A program made the translations under genes and the position numbers. Below are positions 9,572-19,180 of a stretch of 64,000 nt of DNA, in pieces. Source of the DNA: an uncultured Helicobacter sp. Its GTDB lineage: Bacteria > Campylobacterota > Campylobacteria > Campylobacterales > UBA6016. The stretch covers positions 34,482 to 98,481 of the forward strand of contig CAZMPN010000003.1 in NCBI GenBank assembly GCA_964568395.1. The letters run 5' to 3'. Each line of letters starts with the position of its first letter. The first letter of the stretch is position 1. The notes under the pieces were generated by a model that saw only the letters and a list, made by a program, of their open reading frames with translations, did no database searches and was not told the origin of the DNA.

Positions 9572-11608
9572 ATGCAAACGAAACTACTACTTGGCCTTCA
9601 CTCCCATCAACCGATAGACAATTTTGATGCCGTGGTTTACGAGGCGATAGAAAAAAGCTATAAACCGTTTTTTGAAACGGTAAAGAACGACGACTGGATG
9701 AGATTTTCCCTGCATATCAGCGGATGGCTTTTTGAGTTTATAAAAAATAACGACAAAGAGCTATTCTCCCTTATAAAATCGTGCTACGACAAAGGGATGA
9801 TAGAGTTTTTCTCAGGCGGGTTTTATGAGCCTATTTTGGCGGCCATACCGAGACGCGACAGGTTTTTGCAGATAAAAAAGATGAACCGATTTTTGCTAAA
9901 CAACTTCGGTGCGAAGCCGAGAGGGCTATGGCTGACGGAGAGGGTGTGGAGCGAGTCCATAGTCGAGGACTTGTGCGGACTGGATATCGAGTACATCCTA
10001 ACCGACGATTATCACTTCATAGCTGCCGGATACGACGAAAGCTCCCTTGAAGGGTACTTTCTGACGGAGGAGGGCGGCAGCAAACTAGGCGTATTCCCTA
10101 TTTCGAAAAAACTAAGATATCTCATTCCGTTCAAAAAAGCGTCTTCGGCTATAGCGGAACTAGAAAAAGAAGAAAGGGCCGACAAGGCCGCGGTGATATT
10201 TGACGACGGCGAGAAGTTCGGGCTTTGGCCAAAAACTTACGAGTGGGTATACGAAAAAGGGTGGCTAAGGGAGTTTATAGACGGCATAAAGGCTTCGGAG
10301 AAGATAAAAATGATGCATTTTGGCGAATACTTCGACTCCCAAAAACCGCTTGGACTCGCATATCTACCTGAGGTGTCGTACTACGAGATGGGAGAGTGGT
10401 CGTTAAATCCGAGCGACGGAGCGCTCATAGAAAACGTCAAACATCACGCAGCCGGGGTTTTCGGGGCAGAAGCGGCTGACAAGTTCGTCAAAGGCGGAAT
10501 CTGGAAAAACTTCTTTTTAAAATATCCGGAAAGCAATAGGATACATAAAAAAACAGTTCGTCTCTCCGCGTTTGCGAAGCAGATAAACAGCGAACAGTTC
10601 GACGAAATGCTCCTCAAGACGGAAGCGAACGACGCCCTTTGGCACGGCGTATTCGGCGGAGTATATCTGCCGAATCTGAGAGATAACTGCTACAAACACA
10701 TCATAGAGTGCGAAAAGAAGCTGGGAATAGCGAAAGCCATAGAAATATCCGACGAAAACTTCGACGGATACGAAGAGGTAAGATTAAAAAACGAGAAGTT
10801 CCTAGTCCTTTTCGAAGCCAAAAACGGCGCGCAGATGACCGATTTTAGCTCTTTTGACTCACTCTTTAATTATCAAAACACACTCACCAGGCGCAAAGAA
10901 GCTTATCACCAGAAATTCTTTGCGCAAAACGGCGTAGCAGACGATAAGACGGATGAGGGTATTGATACGATACACGACATAACGATAGAGGGAGCCGAGA
11001 AGCTAAGGGAAAACCTATTTTACGACTGGTATCAAAAAAACTCCTTCGTGGAGCACATATCGGACGACTCCTTCGATATTCACTCGTTTTTTGCCTGCTC
11101 CTTCGTGGAATACGGCGACTTTGCAAACCAGCCGTTTGAGCTAAAAAGCCATTCTAAAAACTCTGTTTTATTTGAAAGAGATGGCGGAATATACGTAAAC
11201 GGACATAAGTTCGGTACAAAAATATCCAAAAACTTCGAGATTACGGAAAATAGTCTCGAATTTAAAATAGAGCTTGCGACCGACGCAAACGGGGAATTTG
11301 TTTTTGCGGAAGAGTTCAATCTGCATTTTTGCGACTACGATACGCTTGCGGCTAACAACGAAATCGTATCCGACAACAAAACGGCTTTTGCCGGCATCGA
11401 TTCGCTAACGCTAAGAGATACGGTAAACGGCAAAGAGATAGTGTTCGAGCTGGACGCCGAGTTCGATACGATAATAGCGCCGACCATAACCGCCAGCCAA
11501 AACGAAAAAGGCGCCGAACTATGCACGCAAGGAGTATCGATCTCCTTTTATAAAAAATTCAGCAGCTCGACCAGATTCGGCGGGAAACTGGCGATAAAGG
11601 ATATTTGA
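9572..11608 (+). CDS. GH57 4-alpha-glucanotransferase/alpha-amylase (AmyA type)
   Basis: HSHQP, GGFYEPIL, LWLTERVW, DDGEKFGLWP, SYYEMGEW, NDALWHGVFGGVYLP. Confidence 0.88.
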   Translation: MQTKLLLGLHSHQPIDNFDAVVYEAIEKSYKPFFETVKNDDWMRFSLHISGWLFEFIKNNDKELFSLIKSCYDKGMIEFFSGGFYEPILAAIPRRDRFLQIKKMNRFLLNNFGAKPRGLWLTERVWSESIVEDLCGLDIEYILTDDYHFIAAGYDESSLEGYFLTEEGGSKLGVFPISKKLRYLIPFKKASSAIAELEKEERADKAAVIFDDGEKFGLWPKTYEWVYEKGWLREFIDGIKASEKIKMMHFGEYFDSQKPLGLAYLPEVSYYEMGEWSLNPSDGALIENVKHHAAGVFGAEAADKFVKGGIWKNFFLKYPESNRIHKKTVRLSAFAKQINSEQFDEMLLKTEANDALWHGVFGGVYLPNLRDNCYKHIIECEKKLGIAKAIEISDENFDGYEEVRLKNEKFLVLFEAKNGAQMTDFSSFDSLFNYQNTLTRRKEAYHQKFFAQNGVADDKTDEGIDTIHDITIEGAEKLRENLFYDWYQKNSFVEHISDDSFDIHSFFACSFVEYGDFANQPFELKSHSKNSVLFERDGGIYVNGHKFGTKISKNFEITENSLEFKIELATDANGEFVFAEEFNLHFCDYDTLAANNEIVSDNKTAFAGIDSLTLRDTVNGKEIVFELDAEFDTIIAPTITASQNEKGAELCTQGVSISFYKKFSSSTRFGGKLAIKDI

Positions 11609-11609
11609 A

Positions 11610-12638
11610 TTGTCCCACTACAGATATAGCGAACTAAAAGACAACTGGGTAATAATATCGCCAAAACGTGTCCGCAGACCGTCGGATTTCGAGCTATCTT
11701 CGGCAGAGGCGTACGATGTAGACTCCCCTTTCGTATACGGCAACGAGCACAAAACGCCGTCCGAGATATACGCCATCAGGGATTACGGCTCAAAAAAAGA
11801 CTCTCCGGGCTGGAAGGTGCGCGTAGTCCCAAACAAATATAATGCGTTGGAGATAGAAAAAAATCCAAATAGCGATTTTGACGGAATTTTTGAAAGAATG
11901 GACGGATTTGGGGCTCATGAAATCATTATCGACACGCCAAGATTTCCGTCAAAATTCCACGATCTAAGAATAGAAGAGGCTGCGCTCGTATTTGCGGCCG
12001 CTAGAGACAGAAGCGCAGACCTCTCCAGAGACATCAGAATCAAATACGTAAATATCTTTAAAAACCAAGGCTCGCTTGCCGGAGCCAGCATATCGCATCC
12101 GCACACGCAGATAATAGCGATGCCGTTTATTCCAAAAAATATCTTGACCGAAATAGAGCAATCCAGAAAACATTTCGAAACGACAGGAAGGTCGTTAATA
12201 GGGGATATCGTAGCCGGTGAAATAAGGGCTAAAGTAAGAGTGGTGGAAGAGAGCGACAACTTCGTGCTATATTGCCCATATGCGTCTTTTTGGCCTTTTG
12301 AGACCGTTCTTTGCCCAAAAGCGGCCGTCAAGGATTTTTCGCTGCTTGACGAATCGGAGCTTGCGGAGTTGGCGAAAATGACCTTGTATGCGCTAAAGCG
12401 CATCAATATGGCCCTAAAAGACGTCTCATATAATATATTTATAAAGACCGTACCTCCGAAAAGGGATGGAAGGGAGCCTAATTTCTACTACAAACTTGAC
12501 GAATTCTACCGGTGGCACATCGAGATAGTACCGAGGATACCCGTCATAGGCGGTTTCGAACTCTCAAGCGGCGTTTTTATAAATACGGTCACCCCGGAAG
12601 AGAGCGCTAAATTTTTGCGCTCAATTGTTGCGCTATAG
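11610..12638 (+). CDS. galT: GalT-like nucleotidyltransferase (HIT superfamily)
   Basis: R.RRP, VRVVPNKY, GAHEIII, catalytic HPHTQ, GGFELSSG. TTG start with AAGGA upstream. Confidence 0.85.
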   Translation: MSHYRYSELKDNWVIISPKRVRRPSDFELSSAEAYDVDSPFVYGNEHKTPSEIYAIRDYGSKKDSPGWKVRVVPNKYNALEIEKNPNSDFDGIFERMDGFGAHEIIIDTPRFPSKFHDLRIEEAALVFAAARDRSADLSRDIRIKYVNIFKNQGSLAGASISHPHTQIIAMPFIPKNILTEIEQSRKHFETTGRSLIGDIVAGEIRAKVRVVEESDNFVLYCPYASFWPFETVLCPKAAVKDFSLLDESELAELAKMTLYALKRINMALKDVSYNIFIKTVPPKRDGREPNFYYKLDEFYRWHIEIVPRIPVIGGFELSSGVFINTVTPEESAKFLRSIVAL

Positions 12639-12649
12639 TTAAAAAAGTT

Positions 12650-12658
12650 TGCTATAAT
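12650..12658 (+). promoter_or_regulatory. Extended -10 sigma70 promoter (TGnTATAAT)
   Basis: TGCTATAAT lies in the 54-nt gap before the ATG at 12693. Confidence 0.6.
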
Positions 12659-12692
12659 CTAAGCTAATGCACATAAGAAAAAGGTAAACGTC

Positions 12693-13325
12693 ATGGATAC
12701 AAAAACGAGCGTAGTACCTATTGAGGCAAATATAGAGAAGGATAGTTTTTCTTCAAATGTACACGGTGCATCCGTCTTTGCCGAAGAGGCAAAGGACTAT
12801 GCCGGAGCCGATTACAAAATACCGGATAGTTACGGCGTGGATACGCTAAAGCTTATGCCGGTCAACGTAAATACGGTATACATATATTGGGAGATTACCG
12901 ATAAGCTTATACAAAATTATCAATTCGCCACTTTCGCGCTTAGACTGCTAGAAATAGACGGCGAAAACGAAAAAGAGATACTCGGCTTCTACTTTAAAGA
13001 GACGGTATCCGGCAAATACGCAAACGCCCATATGCCGTCAAAACGCCTTATGGCCATCATCGGCGGCATAGACTCGAACGGCAGATTTACGGAGCTTTTG
13101 CGCTCAAACAAGATAACGATGCCGAGCGACTCCCTATGCGCTTCGTCGGAAGAGACATGGATGAGCAAGCAGTCGGAGTGGACGGAGCTTATAAAGGCCA
13201 GCGTATCGCACTTTTCACACGCGAAATCTTCCGTGAGCATCATAAAAGAGATGGAATTTCTAAAAAAATATGGCGAAAAAGCTGCCTTCGGACAATCTAG
13301 CTTTGAGCTTCCGAAAAAGGATTAG
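12693..13325 (+). CDS. DUF4912-like protein
   Basis: IPDSYG..TLKLMPVN..TVYIYWEI resembles the DUF4912 core; sits directly before a GH57 branching enzyme. Confidence 0.65.
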   Translation: MDTKTSVVPIEANIEKDSFSSNVHGASVFAEEAKDYAGADYKIPDSYGVDTLKLMPVNVNTVYIYWEITDKLIQNYQFATFALRLLEIDGENEKEILGFYFKETVSGKYANAHMPSKRLMAIIGGIDSNGRFTELLRSNKITMPSDSLCASSEETWMSKQSEWTELIKASVSHFSHAKSSVSIIKEMEFLKKYGEKAAFGQSSFELPKKD

Positions 13326-13328
13326 GTT

Positions 13329-14912
13329 ATGCCAAAAGGCTATTTTGTTCCCGTACTGCATTCGCATCTACCTTTCGTAAAGCATCCCGGATTCGACTAC
13401 TTCTTGGAAGAGCATTGGCTGTTTGAGGCCATTAGCGAGACGTATATTCCGCTGCTTATGGGTTTTAAGGACCTCAAGGACAGAGGGATAAACTTCAAGA
13501 TCACGATATCGCTTACACCGCCTCTATGCGAAATGCTGGCAGACGACTACCTGAGACAAAAATACCACGAACATCTCCAAAAGATGATTGGTCTTTGCGA
13601 AAAAGAGGTAGAGAGAACAAAAGAAGACGCCTACTTCAGAGACGTCGCCAGGTTCTACCTAGAGAGGTTTAGCTCCCTAAAGGAGTTTTTTGAAGGATTT
13701 CTAAATTATGACGTTCTAAACGGCTATAGGCACTTTGCCGCCTCCGGAAATATAGAGATCATAACATGCGGCGCGACGCACGGGTTTTTGCCGCTAATGT
13801 CCGCAAATCAGAAAGCCGTAGAGGTACAGATAGAAGTAGCCGTCGCATCGCACAAAAAACATTTCGGAAGAGCCCCTAACGGCATATGGCTGCCGGAGTG
13901 CGCATACTATGACGGCCTGGACGAAATACTAGACAAAAACGGAATTAAATTCTTTTTTATGGATTCGCACGGCCTGGTATACGCCAAACCTACGCCGAAA
14001 TTCGGCGTTTTTGCGCCGATATATACGCCAAAAGGCGTTGCGGCGTTCGGCAGGGATCCGGATAGCTCCAAGCAGGTGTGGAGCTCCAAAGAGGGATATC
14101 CCGGCGATGTCAACTATAGGGATTTTTACAGGGATATCGGATACGATCTTGACTTCGACTATGTAAAACCGTACATATGCCCCGACGGGACGCGCGTGTT
14201 TACTGGACTCAAATACTACCGTATCACCTCATCCGCCGACTACAAAGAGGTCTACAATAGGCAAAACGCTCTTTCCAGAACAAAGGAGCACGCCGCAAAC
14301 TTCCATTTTAACAGAGAGAAGCAGATAGAGTATCTGAGCGAATTCATGGATAGACCGCCGATGATAGTCTCTCCGTATGATGCGGAGCTTTTCGGACACT
14401 GGTGGTTTGAGGGTCCTGAATTTTTGATGTCCGTTTTTGAGGAAATGGATAAACACAAGGTCGTCGAGGCGATTACTCCGATGGAGTATCTAGGGCTATA
14501 CGATACAAACCAGGTGGCGCAGCCAAATCCATCGTCATGGGGCGACAAAGGCTATTATGACGTCTGGATAAACGGCGGCAACGACTGGATATATAGACAT
14601 CTGCACTTCATGGCGGATAAGATGTGCGAGCTGGCGGATAGATACAAAAACTCCAAAGATGCGACCGCCGATAGACTTTTAAATCAAATGGCAAAAGAGC
14701 TGCTATTGGCGCAAAGCTCCGACTGGGCTTTTTTGATGACGACAAAAACGGCGGTCGAATACAGCACCAAAAGAACCAGGGAACACATATCCAATTTTAT
14801 AAAACTGCTCGATATGCTGGAAGACGGCGGTTTGGATGAAGAGTTCCTTAGCGCGGTAGAGGATAAAAACTCGATATTCCAAGGGCTCGACTTTAGGATC
14901 TACGCCTCTTGA
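13329..14912 (+). CDS. GH57 1,4-alpha-glucan branching enzyme
   Basis: LHSHLPFV, IWLPEC (branching-type Glu-Cys), YDAELFGHWWFEG, SSWG, LAQSSDWAF. Confidence 0.9.
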   Translation: MPKGYFVPVLHSHLPFVKHPGFDYFLEEHWLFEAISETYIPLLMGFKDLKDRGINFKITISLTPPLCEMLADDYLRQKYHEHLQKMIGLCEKEVERTKEDAYFRDVARFYLERFSSLKEFFEGFLNYDVLNGYRHFAASGNIEIITCGATHGFLPLMSANQKAVEVQIEVAVASHKKHFGRAPNGIWLPECAYYDGLDEILDKNGIKFFFMDSHGLVYAKPTPKFGVFAPIYTPKGVAAFGRDPDSSKQVWSSKEGYPGDVNYRDFYRDIGYDLDFDYVKPYICPDGTRVFTGLKYYRITSSADYKEVYNRQNALSRTKEHAANFHFNREKQIEYLSEFMDRPPMIVSPYDAELFGHWWFEGPEFLMSVFEEMDKHKVVEAITPMEYLGLYDTNQVAQPNPSSWGDKGYYDVWINGGNDWIYRHLHFMADKMCELADRYKNSKDATADRLLNQMAKELLLAQSSDWAFLMTTKTAVEYSTKRTREHISNFIKLLDMLEDGGLDEEFLSAVEDKNSIFQGLDFRIYAS

Positions 14913-15727
14913 ATATCACCTATATCGATTGGGGCGGCACCAATTTCAGGTGTGTCGTGGAAGAGGGCGGTCAAAGCGTTTTTTACGCAAAGCCTAGCAT
15001 CGAGATAGACATAATCTCTGAATTAAAAGAGATTTTCAGGCTTCATCCGAATATAACAAAAATCGGCATATCGTTTGCAGGGCAGACAAAAGATAACAAA
15101 ATCATCTCAGCCCCGAACATACAAATAAAAGAGCTTGATCTAAACAAGGTATTCGACTACAAAAAAGAGTTCATCGTAGAAAACGACCTAAAATGCGCTC
15201 TTTTGGCCGAGGCCGAATACTTCTGCGAGCAAAATATCGCAGTCATATATGTTGGAACCGGCATAGGAAGCGCGTATATGGACGGTGGAAAAACAGTCAG
15301 AGGCTTTTTAAATAGCGCCGGAGAAATAGGTCATATACCATACATAAAAACAAACGCCGTATGCGGATGCGGCAAAGATAACTGTCTGGAGCTCACCGCC
15401 TCCGGTAGCGGCTTAGCCAAAAAGGCGGCGGCGGCGGGCGTCAAATTTGAAAACCTCTCAAAACTAAAAGAAAGCGGTATGCTCGCAGGGGCGGTAGACG
15501 AATTCGAGGACGCCCTAGGCTACGCCGTCTCGCTGGTAGTAACCATCCTGAATCCAAGAATAGTAGTCTTGGGCGGCGGCATAGTAGCCGCAAACGGTTA
15601 TCTTGTGGAAAACATAAAAGAATATGTCGCTAAAAACGCTTTCGCCTATAATGCGAAAGAGTGCGAAATCAAGCCCTCAAAACTTGAAGACGGCTCTTTA
15701 ACGGGTGCGAAACTGCTTTTAAGATGA
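14909..15727 (+). CDS. ROK family sugar kinase, glucokinase-like
   Basis: DWGGT, END, GTGIG, GEIGH and Zn motif CGCG..CLE. Confidence 0.85.
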   Translation: MNITYIDWGGTNFRCVVEEGGQSVFYAKPSIEIDIISELKEIFRLHPNITKIGISFAGQTKDNKIISAPNIQIKELDLNKVFDYKKEFIVENDLKCALLAEAEYFCEQNIAVIYVGTGIGSAYMDGGKTVRGFLNSAGEIGHIPYIKTNAVCGCGKDNCLELTASGSGLAKKAAAAGVKFENLSKLKESGMLAGAVDEFEDALGYAVSLVVTILNPRIVVLGGGIVAANGYLVENIKEYVAKNAFAYNAKECEIKPSKLEDGSLTGAKLLLR

Positions 15728-16794
15728 TCCAAAAGCTTATCTTCCTCTCCATCTTATCCCTGTTGTTTATTCTATTCTCCCTCTATTTTTACTACAGGCT
15801 CCTAAACTTTTTTACAAAGCGCAAAAAGAGAAAGCTTCTGATTACGGCTTTGCTGATATTATGGGAGGCCGGCTTTGTCGCAGTGTCGGCAAGCTCAAAT
15901 TTTTGGCATATAAGGGCATTGTTTGCTCCAGTGCTCGGCTTTTTGCTTTTCGCGCTAGTTTTTGCCGTGTGCATCGAGTGTTTAAATCCATTCGGGTTGG
16001 CGCAAAAGGCCAAATACCCCATCTTGGCGTTGTTTGCGGCGACATTTGCATTATCTATAGCTAACGGCACAAAAGAGCCGACTATCAAAAACGTCACGGC
16101 TTATACGAAATACAAGCAATTAAAGGGATTAAAAGCCGTATTTATAGCGGACACCCATATAGACCCGTCAAAACAAGAGTTTGCCAAAAGGCTCGCCATG
16201 CGCATCAGCGGCATAAAGCCGGATCTGCTCTTGATTTCTGGGGATTTAAGCGACGGCAGAACGGCAGAGCTAAAGGCCGGCTTAGACGCTTTTAAAAATA
16301 TCAGGCCGAGATATGGGGCTTTTTTTGTGCCTGGCAATCATGAATACTACTACGGCGACTTTAGGGAGAAGATGGAGTATCTTAGCTCTCTTGGAATAAC
16401 GGTTTTGGAAAATACGAACAAAAGCGTCGCAACACGCTTTGGAGAGTTTGCCGTAGCCGGCCTGACGGATCCCGCGGCCGCCAGAGTCAATCTAGAAGAG
16501 CCGAATCCCCAAAAAGCCATGGTTAGCGCTCAAAAACCGCTGCTGCTGCTAGCCCACCAGCCCAAAACGGCAAAAGAAGCTCTGGTTCATAGGCCTGATT
16601 TTGTCTTTTGCGGACACACGCATGACGGACAGATTTGGCCGTTTAGATATATAGTCTCTCTCGTCCAGCCGTATATATACGGCGAGTACAAAAGCGGCAA
16701 TAGCGATATATTCGTTACGTCGGGAGTAGGAATATGGGGGCCTCCGATGAGGCTATTTAGCCAATCGGAGATTGTAGTGGTCAGCTTTATTTAG
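15724..16794 (+). CDS. Membrane-anchored metallophosphoesterase (YkuE-like)
   Basis: Several N-terminal hydrophobic segments; DTH, GDLSD, GNHE, GHTHDGQ. Confidence 0.85.
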   Translation: MIQKLIFLSILSLLFILFSLYFYYRLLNFFTKRKKRKLLITALLILWEAGFVAVSASSNFWHIRALFAPVLGFLLFALVFAVCIECLNPFGLAQKAKYPILALFAATFALSIANGTKEPTIKNVTAYTKYKQLKGLKAVFIADTHIDPSKQEFAKRLAMRISGIKPDLLLISGDLSDGRTAELKAGLDAFKNIRPRYGAFFVPGNHEYYYGDFREKMEYLSSLGITVLENTNKSVATRFGEFAVAGLTDPAAARVNLEEPNPQKAMVSAQKPLLLLAHQPKTAKEALVHRPDFVFCGHTHDGQIWPFRYIVSLVQPYIYGEYKSGNSDIFVTSGVGIWGPPMRLFSQSEIVVVSFI

Positions 16795-17452
16795 CTCTTT
16801 TTTTAGGCGCCTGTTTGTTGTTTGTCTTGGAGGCTTTTGTTTTTTTGGCGGATTTTACGTTTTTGCCTTTTTTGACAGCCTTAACGCCTTTGCCTTTCTT
16901 GCCCTTCTTGGAGTATTTGCGAGGCTCGCTCTTAAACACATCGGAGGTCTCGGCGCCGCTTAGGTTGGCGTTTGTCGTTTTTGTGCCGACCATGTTCGCG
17001 TTTTTGAGGTTTGCGCCGGCCAAATCGGCGTTTTCAAGATTCGCCTCTTTTAGGTATGCGCCTTGCATCTTTGCATTTTTGAAGCTTGTATTCGAGAGAT
17101 TGCTTTTTCTAAATAGCGCCCCGCTTACGTCGGCATCGTCCAAATTTGCGCCGGACAGGTTGGACGCTTTGAAGTTTGTGCCTTTAAGGTTGGCGTTTTT
17201 CATATTCGCATTTTTGATATTGGCGCCGTCGGCGCTGGCTCCAAGCAGATTGGCTCCTTCTAGATTGGCTCCTTCGAGGTTTGAGCCGCTTATATTCGCA
17301 AACTCCAAGAAAGAGTTTTGGAGATTGGCGCCTTTTAGATCGCATTTAACGCACTCTTTTGTTTCAAGCAGTTTTTTGACGTCCGCTTCCGAAAATGCGA
17401 GGGCAGAGATACAAAAAAATCCGGACAGCGAAAGCATAAAAAATTTATTCAT
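16787..17452 (-). CDS. Secreted pentapeptide-repeat protein with a Lys-rich C-terminal tail
   Basis: SD AAGGAG; signal peptide; CVKC followed by about 25 A(N/D)LxG-type repeats; basic tail. Confidence 0.85.
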   Translation of the reverse strand: MNKFFMLSLSGFFCISALAFSEADVKKLLETKECVKCDLKGANLQNSFLEFANISGSNLEGANLEGANLLGASADGANIKNANMKNANLKGTNFKASNLSGANLDDADVSGALFRKSNLSNTSFKNAKMQGAYLKEANLENADLAGANLKNANMVGTKTTNANLSGAETSDVFKSEPRKYSKKGKKGKGVKAVKKGKNVKSAKKTKASKTNNKQAPKKRAK

Positions 17453-17500
17453 ATTATCTCCTTGCTATTTTTTTATGATAGCCAAGGTTTAATAAAATGA

Positions 17501-18424
17501 TTACGCGTATAAACCTGCTTTTTTAAGTGTCAATAAGGCGTTTTTATATATCGGGGCGTCTATGAAACCAAACCTCTCGTCTTTAAATCCGGCATCCCCG
17601 ATAGCTTCGTTTTGCTCGTAAATTTCCTTTATATATAGCGCATCCTCCACGCTCTGCCTGTCGGGCGAGAAAAACTCGTTTGCGGCGGCTACTTGGGTCG
17701 GGGAGATGCAGGCTTTTGCTTCAAAACCAAGACCCTTCTCTATCTCAAGCCACTCCTTAAATCCGTCCATATCCGCGTAGTTTTGATACACGAACGAAAG
17801 CGGAGTGAAGCCCGCCGTTTTGGCGTCTACCAAGAACTTGCACATTATATATTTGAGCGTATCGCTTTTGATTTCGATAAGCCGGGAGCCAAGCCCCAAA
17901 TCCTCCAACAAATCTATCGCCCCCAAAAACACGGTTGTCACTCTTTTGCTCACCCTCAAAGAGGAGAGGGCGGCAAATGCCTCTTTGGTCTCGATGCTCA
18001 GATGGATGTCGATCTCGCCGTCTACGATATCGTCAAGCATTTTTATTTCGTCGGCGCTTCTTATTTTCGGTATTCTAAGCGCATCCGGCCTTACTATATT
18101 CATAATCTCCAGCTCTTTTTTAAAATAAACTGAGTCTATTGGATTTGTCCGCACGGCTATTTGCGCATTCGAATCTTCCAACAGGGACAGAGCCTCTGCC
18201 GCCGCAAACAGGGCCTCTTCTTTTCTTGAATCGGCTATGCCGTCCTCTAGATTTACGACGGCTATCTGGGCCTCTATAGAGGGGAGCCTATCCAGATGCT
18301 TCTTTTGCATCGGATTTATCATCAGAGAGCTTTTTACAAACTCTCCTCTGTTCTTTACTTTCGGCATTTTGCAAATTTTTGTATCGTAAACGGTTTTTTT
18401 TATGCTAGGATTACCTAGTAACAT
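17501..18424 (-). CDS. HpcH/HpaI aldolase / citrate lyase beta (CitE-like) family protein
   Basis: VVNLEDGI, RIPK, SIET, GAIDL, AKACISPTQV, IDAP. Start moved to the ATG at 18424 (AAGGG upstream) because 18520 leaves no room for divergent promoters; the start is uncertain. Confidence 0.75.
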   Translation of the reverse strand: MLLGNPSIKKTVYDTKICKMPKVKNRGEFVKSSLMINPMQKKHLDRLPSIEAQIAVVNLEDGIADSRKEEALFAAAEALSLLEDSNAQIAVRTNPIDSVYFKKELEIMNIVRPDALRIPKIRSADEIKMLDDIVDGEIDIHLSIETKEAFAALSSLRVSKRVTTVFLGAIDLLEDLGLGSRLIEIKSDTLKYIMCKFLVDAKTAGFTPLSFVYQNYADMDGFKEWLEIEKGLGFEAKACISPTQVAAANEFFSPDRQSVEDALYIKEIYEQNEAIGDAGFKDERFGFIDAPIYKNALLTLKKAGLYA

Positions 18425-18535
18425 TACTAAAGCCCTTAATATCCGCAGACAAAACGGATTGAAATAAATTTTGTACGCAATTATAGCCGTAATGGCTATG
18501 TTTTGGTGGGCAAATAACAAACGAAAGGATTAAAG

Positions 18536-19111
18536 ATGACGCACAATCTACCACCACTTCCTTTTGGCAAAGAAGACCTATTGCCGATAATATCGGCCGA
18601 GACTATAGAGTATCACTACGAAAAACATCACGCCGGATACGTTAACAATCTAAACAATCTGATAAAAAATACGGAATTTGAGGACATGGAACTGGAGGAT
18701 GTCATAAAAAACTCCAGCGGCGCCATATTCAACAACGCCGCTCAAGTATACAACCACACTTTTTACTGGAACTGCCTCTCAAAAGGCGGCGCTCAGGTTC
18801 CAAAAAAACTGCTTACGGCAATAGAGGCGGAGTTCGGCACTTTTGAGAACTTCAAATCAGACTTCATAAAATCAGCCGTTTCAAACTTCGGCTCAGGTTG
18901 GACTTGGCTCGTATGCGAAGACCACGGGATGCTAAAGATAGTAAATACGCAAAACGCCGGAACGCCTATCGCCGCCGGACAGAGACCGCTTCTTACGATA
19001 GACGTTTGGGAGCATGCATACTACATAGACTATCGCAACGCAAGACAAAAATATCTTGACGAAATATTTAAAATCATAAACTGGGAGTTCGTCGCCTCAA
19101 ATATGCTTTAG
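18536..19111 (+). CDS. sodB: Fe superoxide dismutase
   Basis: HYEKHH, FNNAAQVYNH, FGSGW, DVWEHAYY. Confidence 0.93.
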   Translation: MTHNLPPLPFGKEDLLPIISAETIEYHYEKHHAGYVNNLNNLIKNTEFEDMELEDVIKNSSGAIFNNAAQVYNHTFYWNCLSKGGAQVPKKLLTAIEAEFGTFENFKSDFIKSAVSNFGSGWTWLVCEDHGMLKIVNTQNAGTPIAAGQRPLLTIDVWEHAYYIDYRNARQKYLDEIFKIINWEFVASNML

Positions 19112-19180
19112 TCATTTTTTTAGCATTAAAAGATACTAAAATTATTAAATTTTTGAATATCCGGCACAAAGGTTTCATTT

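Noticed and set aside
16930-17340. Repetitive DNA that could be taken for a CRISPR array or tandem repeat
   Set aside because: The periodicity is 15 nt with degenerate codons, fully explained by pentapeptide-repeat coding. No cas genes or repeat-spacer structure anywhere in the window.
18425-18520. Longer N-terminus of the CitE-like ORF given in the ORF track
   Set aside because: It would leave only 15 nt before the divergent sodB start, with no room for promoters, and it has no SD.
19112-19180. Fur box upstream of the TonB-dependent receptor or sodB
   Set aside because: AT-rich, but no convincing GATAATGATAATCATTATC-like match.
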